From Clostridia bacterium (GTDB lineage Bacteria > Bacillota > Clostridia > Oscillospirales > CAG-272): a stretch of 44,984 nucleotides of DNA. A program made the position numbers and the translations under genes. The stretch covers positions 1 through 44,984 of the forward strand of contig JAFTLZ010000104.1 of the NCBI GenBank assembly GCA_017452665.1, read 5' to 3'. The notes below the pieces were generated by a model, which was not told where the DNA came from, did no database searches, and was given only the letters and a program-made list of their open reading frames with translations. Shown one piece after another: positions 1-9,171 of the stretch; position 1 is the stretch's first letter, and each line of letters starts with the position of its first letter.

Positions 1-38
1 CGCAGGGGCCCCAACGGCGGCTTTTATGAACGAATTGA

Positions 39-854
39 TTATTTTTCTGCCAGCAGATATTGCCTTGGTGTTTTTCCGTAGCAACGTTTAAAGCTGCGGA
101 TTAAGCTACAGGTGTCGCTGAATCCGCAGACCTCGGCGGCTTCTTGCTCGGTTTTTCCTTCGCGGAGCAGCCGGAGTGCACTTTTGACGCGAAAACGGAT
201 GACGTAATCGTTCAGCGTACAACCGATGTATTTTTTAAAGGCGGTCATCAGTGTCGTGCGTCCAACACCAAGACTCCATGCAAGCTCGGATGCTAAGATC
301 TTCTTTGCATAATTGGTGCTGATGTAGGTCAGGGCATCGCTGACAAAGCGCGGAATTTCAGTACCGTCATTTTCCTCGGTCCCGGCAATTTCTGCAATCA
401 GCGAGAGTAGGCAAAGAATCATCAAGCGTTGCCGAAAGGGATCTTTTTCGGCTTGAATTTCCAAAATCCGTGATTTGCAAAGCGCGGTTTGCTCGGGTGA
501 GAGCGTGACGACGCGCCCTGCTTTGCCAAATACCGTGGAAAGCTGCTTCCATTCCGGGATGTAATCGGCAATGAATTCATCCGAAAACAAAAGATTCAGA
601 CGGCTGTAAAAAATATCGGGGTGGCGGGACATTAGATGCGGTGTTTTTGGAGAGGCAAGAACGATACGCGGCTCAGTCCCTTCCCGCACGTGATCGGGGA
701 GGAGCACCTTGACCTTTCCGGAGAGGATCAGGCTGATCTCGTAATAGTCGTGCATATGAAAATCCGTCATGGTGGATTTATATCCTTCGTAATAGTCCAC
801 CGAGCAGTTGTGCCAGTTGCGGCGGTAATACATATTATCCAAATTGGTCGGCAT
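39..854 (-). CDS. AraC/XylS-family transcriptional regulator with N-terminal cupin domain
   Basis: HMHDYYEI cupin motif; C-terminal double HTH (AEVCGFSDTCSLIRSFKRCYGKTPRQY); divergent from a sugar-acid operon. Confidence 0.92.
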   Translation of the reverse strand: MPTNLDNMYYRRNWHNCSVDYYEGYKSTMTDFHMHDYYEISLILSGKVKVLLPDHVREGTEPRIVLASPKTPHLMSRHPDIFYSRLNLLFSDEFIADYIPEWKQLSTVFGKAGRVVTLSPEQTALCKSRILEIQAEKDPFRQRLMILCLLSLIAEIAGTEENDGTEIPRFVSDALTYISTNYAKKILASELAWSLGVGRTTLMTAFKKYIGCTLNDYVIRFRVKSALRLLREGKTEQEAAEVCGFSDTCSLIRSFKRCYGKTPRQYLLAEK

Positions 855-884
855 GCGGGATTTCTCCTCTCATTTCTTTTGATT

Positions 885-913
885 ATTGTAGCATAATTCT
901 GAATGATTTTCAA
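885..913 (-). promoter_or_regulatory. sigma-A promoter of the AraC gene
   Basis: minus strand TTGAAA-17 nt-TACAAT with extended TG. Confidence 0.6.
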
Positions 914-951
914 TACTAATTGCGGATTTTTTTAAAAAAAGCAAAAAAAAA

Positions 952-981
952 TGAACGATTTGCCTATGATGTGTACGATTT
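952..981 (+). promoter_or_regulatory. candidate AraC half-sites (direct repeat TGWACGATTT)
   Basis: TGAACGATTT 952-961 and TGTACGATTT 972-981 just upstream of the operon -35; related TGAATGATTT at 900-909. Confidence 0.55.
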
Positions 982-985
982 TATA

Positions 986-1014
986 TTGTTTTATTGCTCC
1001 GGATGGTTTATAAT
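986..1014 (+). promoter_or_regulatory. sigma-A promoter of the hexuronate operon
   Basis: TTGTTT-17 nt-TATAAT; the weak -35 fits activator dependence. Confidence 0.6.
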
Positions 1015-1045
1015 AAAATATATCCAAAATAACACGGAGGATGTT

Positions 1046-2779
1046 ATGACAAGAATATTTGACGAGCACGTGATTCGGCGTGTGCGTTCTTTGGACGGGG
1101 CATGGCATTTTCGCAAGGATCCCTTGAATTGCGGCAAGGAAACGGCGTGGTTTTTGGGAATTCCGCGCGGCGAGACGGTGGCGGTTCCGTCGGTTTGGAA
1201 TACCGAACAAGGAAACTTGAACTACGAGGGGGTTGCCTGGTATGAAAAGCACTTTTACAGCGAGGGCGGATGCTTGCGCCTGTGCTTTGGCGCGGTGATG
1301 ACCGAGGCGGAGGTTTGGCTTGATGGCAACTATCTCGGATCGCATTACGGCGGATTTTCACAGTTCGATTTTATCGTTTCGGACGTGGCGGCAGGGGAGC
1401 ACCGCTTGACGGTACGCGTGGATAACCGTTTTGATGCGGATTCCATTCCGCAGGAGTGGGTGGATTGGTATCATTACGGCGGGATTACGCGCGGCGTCAG
1501 CGTGGAAACCTTGCAGGGAATTTGCGTGCTTTGCAACCGTTTGGAGTATACGCTCTCCGAGGATCTGAAAAGCGCGACGGGGCAATTTGTGTTAGAGCTG
1601 TACAACGCAGGTGCCGAGCAGGCGGACACAGAAGTGAACATCTCTTTGGGCGGGACGCTTGTATCAACGGGGGTGGCAGAGCTGTCTGCCGGTGCGCGCA
1701 AAGAAGTGACGCTCTCGGAATTCACATTGGAAAACGTGGCGCTTTGGAACGTGGGGGCACCCGAGCTCTACGACGTTCGCATTACCACGGCAACCGACGA
1801 TTTGTGTGATCGCGTTGGATTCCGCAAGATTGAGGTAAAAGACGGCGCGGTGCTGCTCAACGGGAAGCCCGTGGAGTTCCGCGGTGTGAACCGACACGAG
1901 GAGCATCCCGATTGGGGCTTTGCATTTCCGTTTGGTTTGATGAAAAAGGATATTGATCTGGCGTTGGAGATGGGATGCAACGCCATTCGCGGATCACACT
2001 ATCCCAATTCGCAGGAGTTTGTGGATTTGTTGGACGAGCGCGGATTGATGTTTTGGAGTGAGATTCCGATTTGGGGCTGCGGCTTTTCGGATGAGGCATT
2101 GGCGAACGAGACGGTTGTGCGGCGCGGTCTTGAGATGCACCGCGAAATGGTGAAATATTATTACAACCACCCGTGTATCGTTTTGTGGGGAATGCACAAC
2201 GAAATTCATTCTTATCACGAAGCGGCATACCGCATGAGCAAGCTTTACTACGAATATCTCAAGGAGAACGGCGGCAATCGCTTGGTGGTGTATGCATCCT
2301 GCCACCCGCTGAAGGATATTTGCTTTGAATTTTCTGATTTGATTTGTCTCAACCAGTATTTCGGTTGGTATTACGGATACGAGGACGATGCTTGGGAGAA
2401 GTTTTTGGCAGAGTTCTGCGAGCATATCAAAACGCTTGGTATGGCTCACAAGCCCATCGTAATGAGCGAGTTCGGCTGTGCGGCGATTGCAGGATGCCAC
2501 GACGATGAGAATATTTTGTGGTGTGAGGAAAATCAGGCAAAACAGATTGCGCATTGCCTGAAGGTGTTCCACGAGCATCCGCAGGTGGCGGGTTCTTTTA
2601 TCTGGCAGTTCTTTGATATGCGTACCTGCTTGCAAGCCGGCCTGAACCGTGCGCGCGGCTTTAACAACAAGGGCCTGATGAATGAGTACCGCAAGCCGAA
2701 ATTGGCTTACCGCGCGGCAAAAGAGCTGTATCATGAATTTGCTGCAGAAGAAACGGATAGATTTGATTTTAAAGGCTGA
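1046..2779 (+). CDS. GH2 beta-hexuronidase (beta-glucuronidase or beta-galacturonidase)
   Basis: GH2 motifs RGSHYP, WGMHNE (acid/base), MSEFG (nucleophile), NQYFGWY, uronate-binding NxK (GFNNKG); start moved to ATG 1046 after GGAGG. Confidence 0.88.
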   Translation: MTRIFDEHVIRRVRSLDGAWHFRKDPLNCGKETAWFLGIPRGETVAVPSVWNTEQGNLNYEGVAWYEKHFYSEGGCLRLCFGAVMTEAEVWLDGNYLGSHYGGFSQFDFIVSDVAAGEHRLTVRVDNRFDADSIPQEWVDWYHYGGITRGVSVETLQGICVLCNRLEYTLSEDLKSATGQFVLELYNAGAEQADTEVNISLGGTLVSTGVAELSAGARKEVTLSEFTLENVALWNVGAPELYDVRITTATDDLCDRVGFRKIEVKDGAVLLNGKPVEFRGVNRHEEHPDWGFAFPFGLMKKDIDLALEMGCNAIRGSHYPNSQEFVDLLDERGLMFWSEIPIWGCGFSDEALANETVVRRGLEMHREMVKYYYNHPCIVLWGMHNEIHSYHEAAYRMSKLYYEYLKENGGNRLVVYASCHPLKDICFEFSDLICLNQYFGWYYGYEDDAWEKFLAEFCEHIKTLGMAHKPIVMSEFGCAAIAGCHDDENILWCEENQAKQIAHCLKVFHEHPQVAGSFIWQFFDMRTCLQAGLNRARGFNNKGLMNEYRKPKLAYRAAKELYHEFAAEETDRFDFKG

Positions 2780-2794
2780 AAAGGAGTGAGATAT

Positions 2795-4093
2795 ATGGAG
2801 CAAAAGAATATGAACCGCCCGGTGCGTGTGATTCAGTTTGGTGAGGGAGGATTTTTGCGCGGCTTTGCCGATTGGATGCTGCAAAAGCTGAACGATGAGG
2901 GGCTGTTTTGCGGCAGCGTTGCGGTGGTACAGCCGATTCGTGAAGGGTTGTGCGATTTGTTGACGGCACAAAATTGCACATATACGCACATCATTCGCGG
3001 TGCCGAGGGTGTGGAGCAGACACGCATTGATGTGATTTCGCACTGTGTGAAGCCGTACGAGGATTTTGAAGCCTATCTGAAGCTTGCCGAAAATCCGGAC
3101 GCGCGCTTTATCATTTCCAACACGACCGAGGCGGGGATTGAATTCCGTCCGAGCGATCGGGCAACCGACACACCGCCGGAAAGCTTTCCCGCAAAGCTGA
3201 CGCTGTTGCTCAAGCGCCGTTTTGATTTGGGATTGCAGGGCTTTATTCTGCTCCCCTGCGAGCTGATCGACCGCAACGGCGACAATTTGAAGCGCACGGT
3301 GCTGCAGTATGCCGAGCTTTGGAATTTTGGCACGGTTTTTGCGGAGTGGATTGAAAAAGATAACGTTTTTTGCAACACGCTGGTAGACCGCATTAACACG
3401 GGCTATCCCAAGGACGAGGTGATTGATCTTGGCTACGAGGACAAGATGGTGAACACCTCCGAATTCTTCCACCTGTGGGTGATCGAGACCGACTACGATC
3501 TGGAAAGCGAATTGCCGTTCTCACGCGCGGGCTTGAACGTGATTGTAACCAATGATGCCCTGGAGCGCTACCGCACGCGCAAGGTGCGGATCCTCAACGG
3601 GGCGCACACCTCGATGGTGCCGTATGCGTTGCTTTCGGGCTTTGATACCGTCAAATCCTGCATGGATGACGCACAGATGCAAGCCTTTATTCGCGCGTGT
3701 CTGTTTGAGGAGATCATCCCGACGCTGGATCTGCCGCGGGAGGAGCTGGAGTCGTATGCCGAGAATGTTCTGGTGCGTTTTTCCAATCCGTACATCAAGC
3801 ATTATCTTTCGTCCATTGTGCTCAATTCGGTCAGTAAATTTCGCGTGCGCGTGTTGCCCTCCATTTTGGAATATCGCGCAAGATTTGGAAGCTACCCCAA
3901 GCATCTGCTGTTCTCGTTTGGTAAGCTGATTGCATTTTACAAGCACGGAACACCAAACGATTCTCCCGAAATTGTGGAACGGATGCGGAGTTTGAGCGTT
4001 GCGGAGATCCTTTCCGACCGTACGCTTTGGGGCGAGGATCTTTCGGATATGACCGAGGAGGTTGCCGTGTATGCAGATTCATCCGTCGGATAA
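2795..4093 (+). CDS. uxaB: tagaturonate reductase (altronate oxidoreductase)
   Basis: QFGEGGFLRGF, SNTTEAGI, NTLVDRI, KVRILNGAHT, RFSNPYIKH; AAGGAG RBS before ATG 2795. Confidence 0.93.
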   Translation: MEQKNMNRPVRVIQFGEGGFLRGFADWMLQKLNDEGLFCGSVAVVQPIREGLCDLLTAQNCTYTHIIRGAEGVEQTRIDVISHCVKPYEDFEAYLKLAENPDARFIISNTTEAGIEFRPSDRATDTPPESFPAKLTLLLKRRFDLGLQGFILLPCELIDRNGDNLKRTVLQYAELWNFGTVFAEWIEKDNVFCNTLVDRINTGYPKDEVIDLGYEDKMVNTSEFFHLWVIETDYDLESELPFSRAGLNVIVTNDALERYRTRKVRILNGAHTSMVPYALLSGFDTVKSCMDDAQMQAFIRACLFEEIIPTLDLPREELESYAENVLVRFSNPYIKHYLSSIVLNSVSKFRVRVLPSILEYRARFGSYPKHLLFSFGKLIAFYKHGTPNDSPEIVERMRSLSVAEILSDRTLWGEDLSDMTEEVAVYADSSVG

Positions 4094-5444
4094 CGTGGAG
4101 GTGCGCGCAGACGGGCAAAAATACGCGCTGTGTCGAATTGCCGAGGGGGAAAACGTGATCAAATACGGTTTCCCGATCGGGGCGGCGAGGCGTGAGATTT
4201 GCGTGGGGGAGTTGGTCTCGCCCGAAAATCTGCGCTCCAATCTTGCCGGTCTTGGCGATTGGATCTATGAAAAGAGTGAAACGGCGCCGTTTGCGGTCAA
4301 GAACGGAACGTTCCGGGGATATTTGCGCAAAAACGGTGACGTGGGAATTCGCAACGAGCTGTGGATCGTGCCCACGGTAGGGTGCATCAACGACGTTGTC
4401 AAGCGGTTGGCGCAACAAAGCGGTGCGAAGGCTTTGTTGCATCCGTACGGGTGCTCGCAGCTTGGCGGGGATCTGCTGACCACGCAAAAAACGCTGTGCG
4501 GGCTGATTCGCCACCCGAATGCAGGCGGTGTGCTGGTGTTGGGGCTTGGATGCGAGAACAACCGCATGGAGGATATGCAGGTGATGCTTGCCGATACCGA
4601 CCCCGAACGTGTGCGCTTTTTGAATCTGCAGGATTGCAAAGACGAAATGGAAGAGGGAATGCGGATTCTGGACGAGCTGAAATCGTTGATGTTGACGGAC
4701 GTGCGTACCGAACAGCCGCTATCCAAGCTACGCGTGGCAGTCAAATGCGGCGGAAGCGACGGCTACAGCGGAATCACCGCAAACCCACTGGTGGGAAGAG
4801 CGATGGAATGCTTTTCTGCTTATGGCTCGACAGTATTGATGACCGAGATTCCGGAGGTATTTGGCGCGGAGCAGATCTTGCTTTCGCGAGCCAAAGATCA
4901 AGAAACGTTTGATCGGGTATCCGCAATGATCCGTGCCTTCCGACAGTATTTTATCAACCACGGGGAGGGGATTGCGGACAATCCGTCGCCCGGCAATATT
5001 GCGGGCGGAATTTCCACCTTGGAGGAAAAGTCACTTGGGTGCGTGCAAAAGGCAGGAAAGGTTCCGCTTTGCGGTGCATTGGATTTTGGTGAAGTGCCGA
5101 CGGGCGGCGGCTTGTATCTGGTCAACGGACCGGGCAACGACATGGTTGCCGTGACCAACCTTGCCGCGTCCGGTGCACACCTGATTCTGTTTACCACGGG
5201 ACGCGGTACGCCGCTGTCGGCGCCGGTTCCCACGCTGAAAATTTCCACCAATTCGGCACTGGCGCAAAAAAAGCCGCATTGGATCGATTTCAACGCCGGA
5301 AAGCTATTGGACGGCGGTGATTGGCAAAGTATGACCGAGAAATTGTTCTCGCTTTGCTGTGCGGTTGCAGAAGGTCGGCTGAGCTTGAGCGAAGAGAGGA
5401 ACGATTACGAAATTGCCATTTTTAAGGATGGCGTTACTTTATAG
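4071..5444 (+). CDS. uxaA: altronate dehydratase
   Basis: short SAF domain, GIRNELW, HPYGCSQ, LGCENN, KCGGSDG, NPSPGN, FTTGRGTP; overlaps the end of uxaB. Confidence 0.93.
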   Translation: MQIHPSDNVEVRADGQKYALCRIAEGENVIKYGFPIGAARREICVGELVSPENLRSNLAGLGDWIYEKSETAPFAVKNGTFRGYLRKNGDVGIRNELWIVPTVGCINDVVKRLAQQSGAKALLHPYGCSQLGGDLLTTQKTLCGLIRHPNAGGVLVLGLGCENNRMEDMQVMLADTDPERVRFLNLQDCKDEMEEGMRILDELKSLMLTDVRTEQPLSKLRVAVKCGGSDGYSGITANPLVGRAMECFSAYGSTVLMTEIPEVFGAEQILLSRAKDQETFDRVSAMIRAFRQYFINHGEGIADNPSPGNIAGGISTLEEKSLGCVQKAGKVPLCGALDFGEVPTGGGLYLVNGPGNDMVAVTNLAASGAHLILFTTGRGTPLSAPVPTLKISTNSALAQKKPHWIDFNAGKLLDGGDWQSMTEKLFSLCCAVAEGRLSLSEERNDYEIAIFKDGVTL

Positions 5445-5459
5445 AAGGGAGAGAACTGT

Positions 5460-6629
5460 ATGAAGCCTTATATCAGCGAATATGTTCCTGATTTTCAGAT
5501 TTTAACTCCCAACGACGGTGCGCATTACTTTTTTGCTTATTACGATATGCGCGCAACGGGCAGAGGCGGCAAGCATTTGTGCCACCGTGTGCCCTTTATG
5601 GATCGTTTGCAAACCGCTGGGGACGTGTGTGAGCTGGGGTACCTTGACGGGGGAAGGTTCGTCAAATTTGCCGAAACGAGTGCATGGAACTTTCAACAAG
5701 GGGCGATGCTGCAATATCATCCGTATCTGGAAAACACGGTGTACTACAACGTGTGCGAGGATGGGAAGTTTATGACCGTGACGCACAATTTTGCAACGGG
5801 AGAGAAGAAGTACGCCGACCGTGCGACGGCTTGTATTTCTCCTGACGGAAAGTGGGGCTTGGCGATCAATTTCGGACGGATTTTTGCATTCCGTCCGGGC
5901 TACGGATATGCGGGCTATGCGGATGAATATGCGAATGTCAATGCGCCTGCCGAGGACGGAGTGTTTTTGGTCGATATGGAGACTGGATGCTCCAGGCTGA
6001 TCATTTCCTACGACAAGCTGGCTCCCATTGCGGGATTCGGGGCGGACGAAAAGGTGTTGATCAATCACATTACCTTTAATACCTCCTCCGACCGTTTTGT
6101 GATGCTGGTTCGTAACTTTCCGACCGAGAAGAATCCGGGGTGGTCAACCTCGATGGTGATCGGCGATCTGCAGGGCAACTGCAAAACAGTGTTGATGAAT
6201 ACCTACGTTTCGCACTATTACTGGACCGCGCCCGACACCATTCTGGCGCATTGCACGGTGACGGGGGAGACGAAGAAAAGTATGTACAGCATCAACGTGG
6301 ATTCCTGCACGTGGACAGAGCATGATATGCCGTATTTTTATGAGGATCATAACCCGGACATTCATTGTAACACCTCTCCTGACGGTAAATATATTATTGG
6401 AGACGGATATGAGATCAAAGGTTATCGCTATCTGATGGCATATAGTCTGAAAACGGGAGAGAGCCGCGAGCTGTTGCGCGTAAAAAGTGTGACACCGCAA
6501 GGAATTATAGACATTCGTACCGATCTGCACGCCAGATTTGTATGGGGCGGGCAGTATATCAGCTTTGATACCACGCAAAACGGTCGCCGTGAGATTGCAT
6601 TGATCCCGACCGATTGTCTGAACTTTTAA
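5460..6629 (+). CDS. cytoplasmic beta-propeller protein, oligogalacturonate-lyase/TolB-like
   Basis: repeated SPDGKW/SPDGKY blades, HYFFAYYD, AWNFQQGAMLQ, DLHARF; no signal peptide; inside the uxa operon. Confidence 0.5.
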   Translation: MKPYISEYVPDFQILTPNDGAHYFFAYYDMRATGRGGKHLCHRVPFMDRLQTAGDVCELGYLDGGRFVKFAETSAWNFQQGAMLQYHPYLENTVYYNVCEDGKFMTVTHNFATGEKKYADRATACISPDGKWGLAINFGRIFAFRPGYGYAGYADEYANVNAPAEDGVFLVDMETGCSRLIISYDKLAPIAGFGADEKVLINHITFNTSSDRFVMLVRNFPTEKNPGWSTSMVIGDLQGNCKTVLMNTYVSHYYWTAPDTILAHCTVTGETKKSMYSINVDSCTWTEHDMPYFYEDHNPDIHCNTSPDGKYIIGDGYEIKGYRYLMAYSLKTGESRELLRVKSVTPQGIIDIRTDLHARFVWGGQYISFDTTQNGRREIALIPTDCLNF

Positions 6630-6662
6630 TACTGAAATAAATACAAAAAGGAGAATTTTATT

Positions 6663-7730
6663 ATGAATGAGAATCAAACCTTTCCGAAAGCGTATCACTA
6701 TGACGAAGAGCCTTGTCACAAGATGATTGTCAAGCAGATGAAGCAAGCATTGGCATATGATCCTACGAAGGAGTATGCAACATGGAAGCAGGAGATTCGC
6801 GAGAAGTTTTTGGAGCTTTCCGGGATGAACTTGATCGAGGCAAATGGGGATTGCGATCCGGAGCTGAATATTGAACATACCTTAGAAAAGGACGGGTATA
6901 CCGAAATTCGCTTTACGTTCCAGAGTGAAATTGGCTACCGCGTGCCTTGTTATCTTCTGATTCCCGACACGGGCAAGGCTTCCTATCCCGTTGCCATTAC
7001 CTTGCAGGGACATTCCACGGGCTTTCATAACTCGGTAGGAATTGCAAGATACGAACAAGATCTGGCTTATCGGCCGCGCGGACAGTTTGGAATTCAAGCG
7101 GTGCAGCACGGATATGCCGCTCTTTGCATCGAGCAAAGAGGCATGGGTGAGCGCCGTCCGCGTGCTTTGGAGGCGGATTCCTACCGCACCTGTAATTATA
7201 CCGCGATGCAGGCGTTTCAGCTGGGGCGTACGTTGCTTGCCGAGCGTGCATGGGATGTGCACAAGGCGATTGATCTGCTTGCCGCAACGTTTGAAAAGTG
7301 TGATACCGAAAAGGTTTTGATCACAGGCAACTCTGGCGGCGGTACGGCGTCCTTTTATTCCGCTTGCTATGACGAGCGCATCAAGCTTTGTGCGCCCAGC
7401 TGCTCCTTCTGCCCGTACGGCCCCTCTATTATGGATATGTACCACTGTCCTTGCAATTATATTCCGGGGTGCTACCAATGGTTTGATATGCAGGATCTTG
7501 CCTGCCTGATTGCACCGCGGAATCTGAGCGTGATCGCAGGTGTGAAGGATAACATTTTCCCGATCGAAGGGGTAAAGGCAGGATATGCCACGGTGGAAAA
7601 AATTTACGCCGCCGCTGGTGCCCCCGATGCTTGTAGCATGACGGTGACACCCGAAAAGCACTGGTGGTGCGAGGATATTGTTTGGGGCGAGATCGACCGT
7701 GTGACGGGTGCCTTGGGCTGGAAAAACTGA
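6663..7730 (+). CDS. alpha/beta-hydrolase, probable carbohydrate esterase
   Basis: nucleophile elbow GNSGGG, DLACLIAPR, candidate catalytic Asp (GVKD) and His (EKHW). Confidence 0.75.
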   Translation: MNENQTFPKAYHYDEEPCHKMIVKQMKQALAYDPTKEYATWKQEIREKFLELSGMNLIEANGDCDPELNIEHTLEKDGYTEIRFTFQSEIGYRVPCYLLIPDTGKASYPVAITLQGHSTGFHNSVGIARYEQDLAYRPRGQFGIQAVQHGYAALCIEQRGMGERRPRALEADSYRTCNYTAMQAFQLGRTLLAERAWDVHKAIDLLAATFEKCDTEKVLITGNSGGGTASFYSACYDERIKLCAPSCSFCPYGPSIMDMYHCPCNYIPGCYQWFDMQDLACLIAPRNLSVIAGVKDNIFPIEGVKAGYATVEKIYAAAGAPDACSMTVTPEKHWWCEDIVWGEIDRVTGALGWKN

Positions 7731-7745
7731 ATCGAGGAATTTGAG

Positions 7746-9140
7746 ATGAGTTACATTCGCAAGAATTTTCTTTTGAGCAATCCGACTGCCGAGAAGCTGT
7801 ACTTCGGTTATGCCAAGGAGATGCCGATTTTTGATTACCACTGTCATTTGCCCGAAAAGCAGATTTTGGAAAATAAGCCGTTTTCCGACCTGTTTGAGAT
7901 CTGGCTGGCGGGGGATCACTACAAGTGGCGCTTGATGCGCAACTTTGGCGTGAACGAGGAATATATCACGGGGAGCAGAAGCAACAAGGAGAAATTTTTG
8001 ACCTATTGCCGTGTGCTGGGCGGTGCGTTTGGAAATCCGCTGTATCATTGGTCGCAGGTGGAGCTGGAGGAGTTTTTCGGCTGTACCAAGGAGATCAACG
8101 AGCAGAATGCGGAGGCAATTTGGGAGGAGTGTAATGCCTACATCCGTGCACATAAGGTGACGCCGCAATCCTTGATTGAAGGCTCGAACGTTAAGCATTT
8201 GTACACGACGAACGAGGTGTTTGACGATCTGACCACCTTTGAAAAAATCAAAGAGAAGGGGTATGCGTTTACGGTGACGCCCGCATTCCGTGCAGACAAG
8301 ATCATGAACATTGACGCCCCGCGCTACCGTGAATTTATTGGAATGCTGGAGGCGCAAACGCACGCGGTACATACGCTGGCGGATCTGGAAGCTGCCATTG
8401 AAAAACGGCTGGTTGCATTTTTGGCGGTTGGTTGCCGTGCCAGCGACATTGCCGTGGAGCGTGTTTGCCCGATTTCATCTGCGGAAGAAGCCGAGTTGGT
8501 GTTGGAAAAAGCCTTGCGCGGAGAACAGCCAACGTTGGCAGAGGCCGAGATCTTTAAGGGATACCTGACCTATGCGCTGATGAAGCTGTATGCAAAATAC
8601 GGCGTTGCGACCGAGCTTCACATTGGCGCGATGCGCAACAACAATGCACAGATGCTGAAAAAGCTGGGCTTGGACACCGGATTTGACAGCATTTCCGATA
8701 CCAACAGCATCGGAAATCTTTCGCGCTTGTTTGACCGTCTCAACGACGAGGGGAGCCTGCCTAAGACCATTGTGTTCAATCTCAATCCCAAAATGAATAC
8801 CGAGATCATGACGCTGATCGGCTGTTTTCAAAGCAGTGAGGTAAAGGGAAAGATGCAATACGGCCCGGCATGGTGGTTCCTTGACAACAAGGTGGGCATG
8901 GAACAGCATTTGCGCGATTTGACCGCAACGGGGCATATTGCCGCATTTGTGGGTATGCTGACCGACAGCCGCTCGTTGCTCTCGTATCCGCGGCACCACT
9001 ATTTCCGTAGAATTTTGTGCAACTATTTTGGTACGATGATTGAAAACGGCGAAATGACCGACCACATGGAGCTTGTGGGCGGTATTGTGCAGGATATCTG
9101 CTATAACAATTCCGTTGCTTACTTTGGCATGGAGCCGTAA
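7746..9140 (+). CDS. uxaC: uronate isomerase
   Basis: DYHCHL, GDHYKWR, GNPLYHW, GPAWWFLD, GMLTDSRS, YPRHHYFRR. Confidence 0.96.
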   Translation: MSYIRKNFLLSNPTAEKLYFGYAKEMPIFDYHCHLPEKQILENKPFSDLFEIWLAGDHYKWRLMRNFGVNEEYITGSRSNKEKFLTYCRVLGGAFGNPLYHWSQVELEEFFGCTKEINEQNAEAIWEECNAYIRAHKVTPQSLIEGSNVKHLYTTNEVFDDLTTFEKIKEKGYAFTVTPAFRADKIMNIDAPRYREFIGMLEAQTHAVHTLADLEAAIEKRLVAFLAVGCRASDIAVERVCPISSAEEAELVLEKALRGEQPTLAEAEIFKGYLTYALMKLYAKYGVATELHIGAMRNNNAQMLKKLGLDTGFDSISDTNSIGNLSRLFDRLNDEGSLPKTIVFNLNPKMNTEIMTLIGCFQSSEVKGKMQYGPAWWFLDNKVGMEQHLRDLTATGHIAAFVGMLTDSRSLLSYPRHHYFRRILCNYFGTMIENGEMTDHMELVGGIVQDICYNNSVAYFGMEP

Positions 9141-9171
9141 CGGAAAGAAACTGATTCAAAAGGAGAACACT

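Noticed and set aside
920-1045. Long N-terminal extensions in the ORF track (also at 9073, 29288, 37876, 42158, 43069)
   Set aside because: They run through promoters or upstream genes; downstream ATGs give better RBS or promoter context and family-typical N-termini.
1994-3472. 492-aa minus-strand ORF
   Set aside because: Antisense shadow of the GH2 and uxaB genes; no motifs or RBS.
6882-8372. 496-aa minus-strand ORF (also 8806-9951)
   Set aside because: Antisense to the esterase, uxaC and epimerase genes; stop-poor reverse frames are expected from their codon bias.
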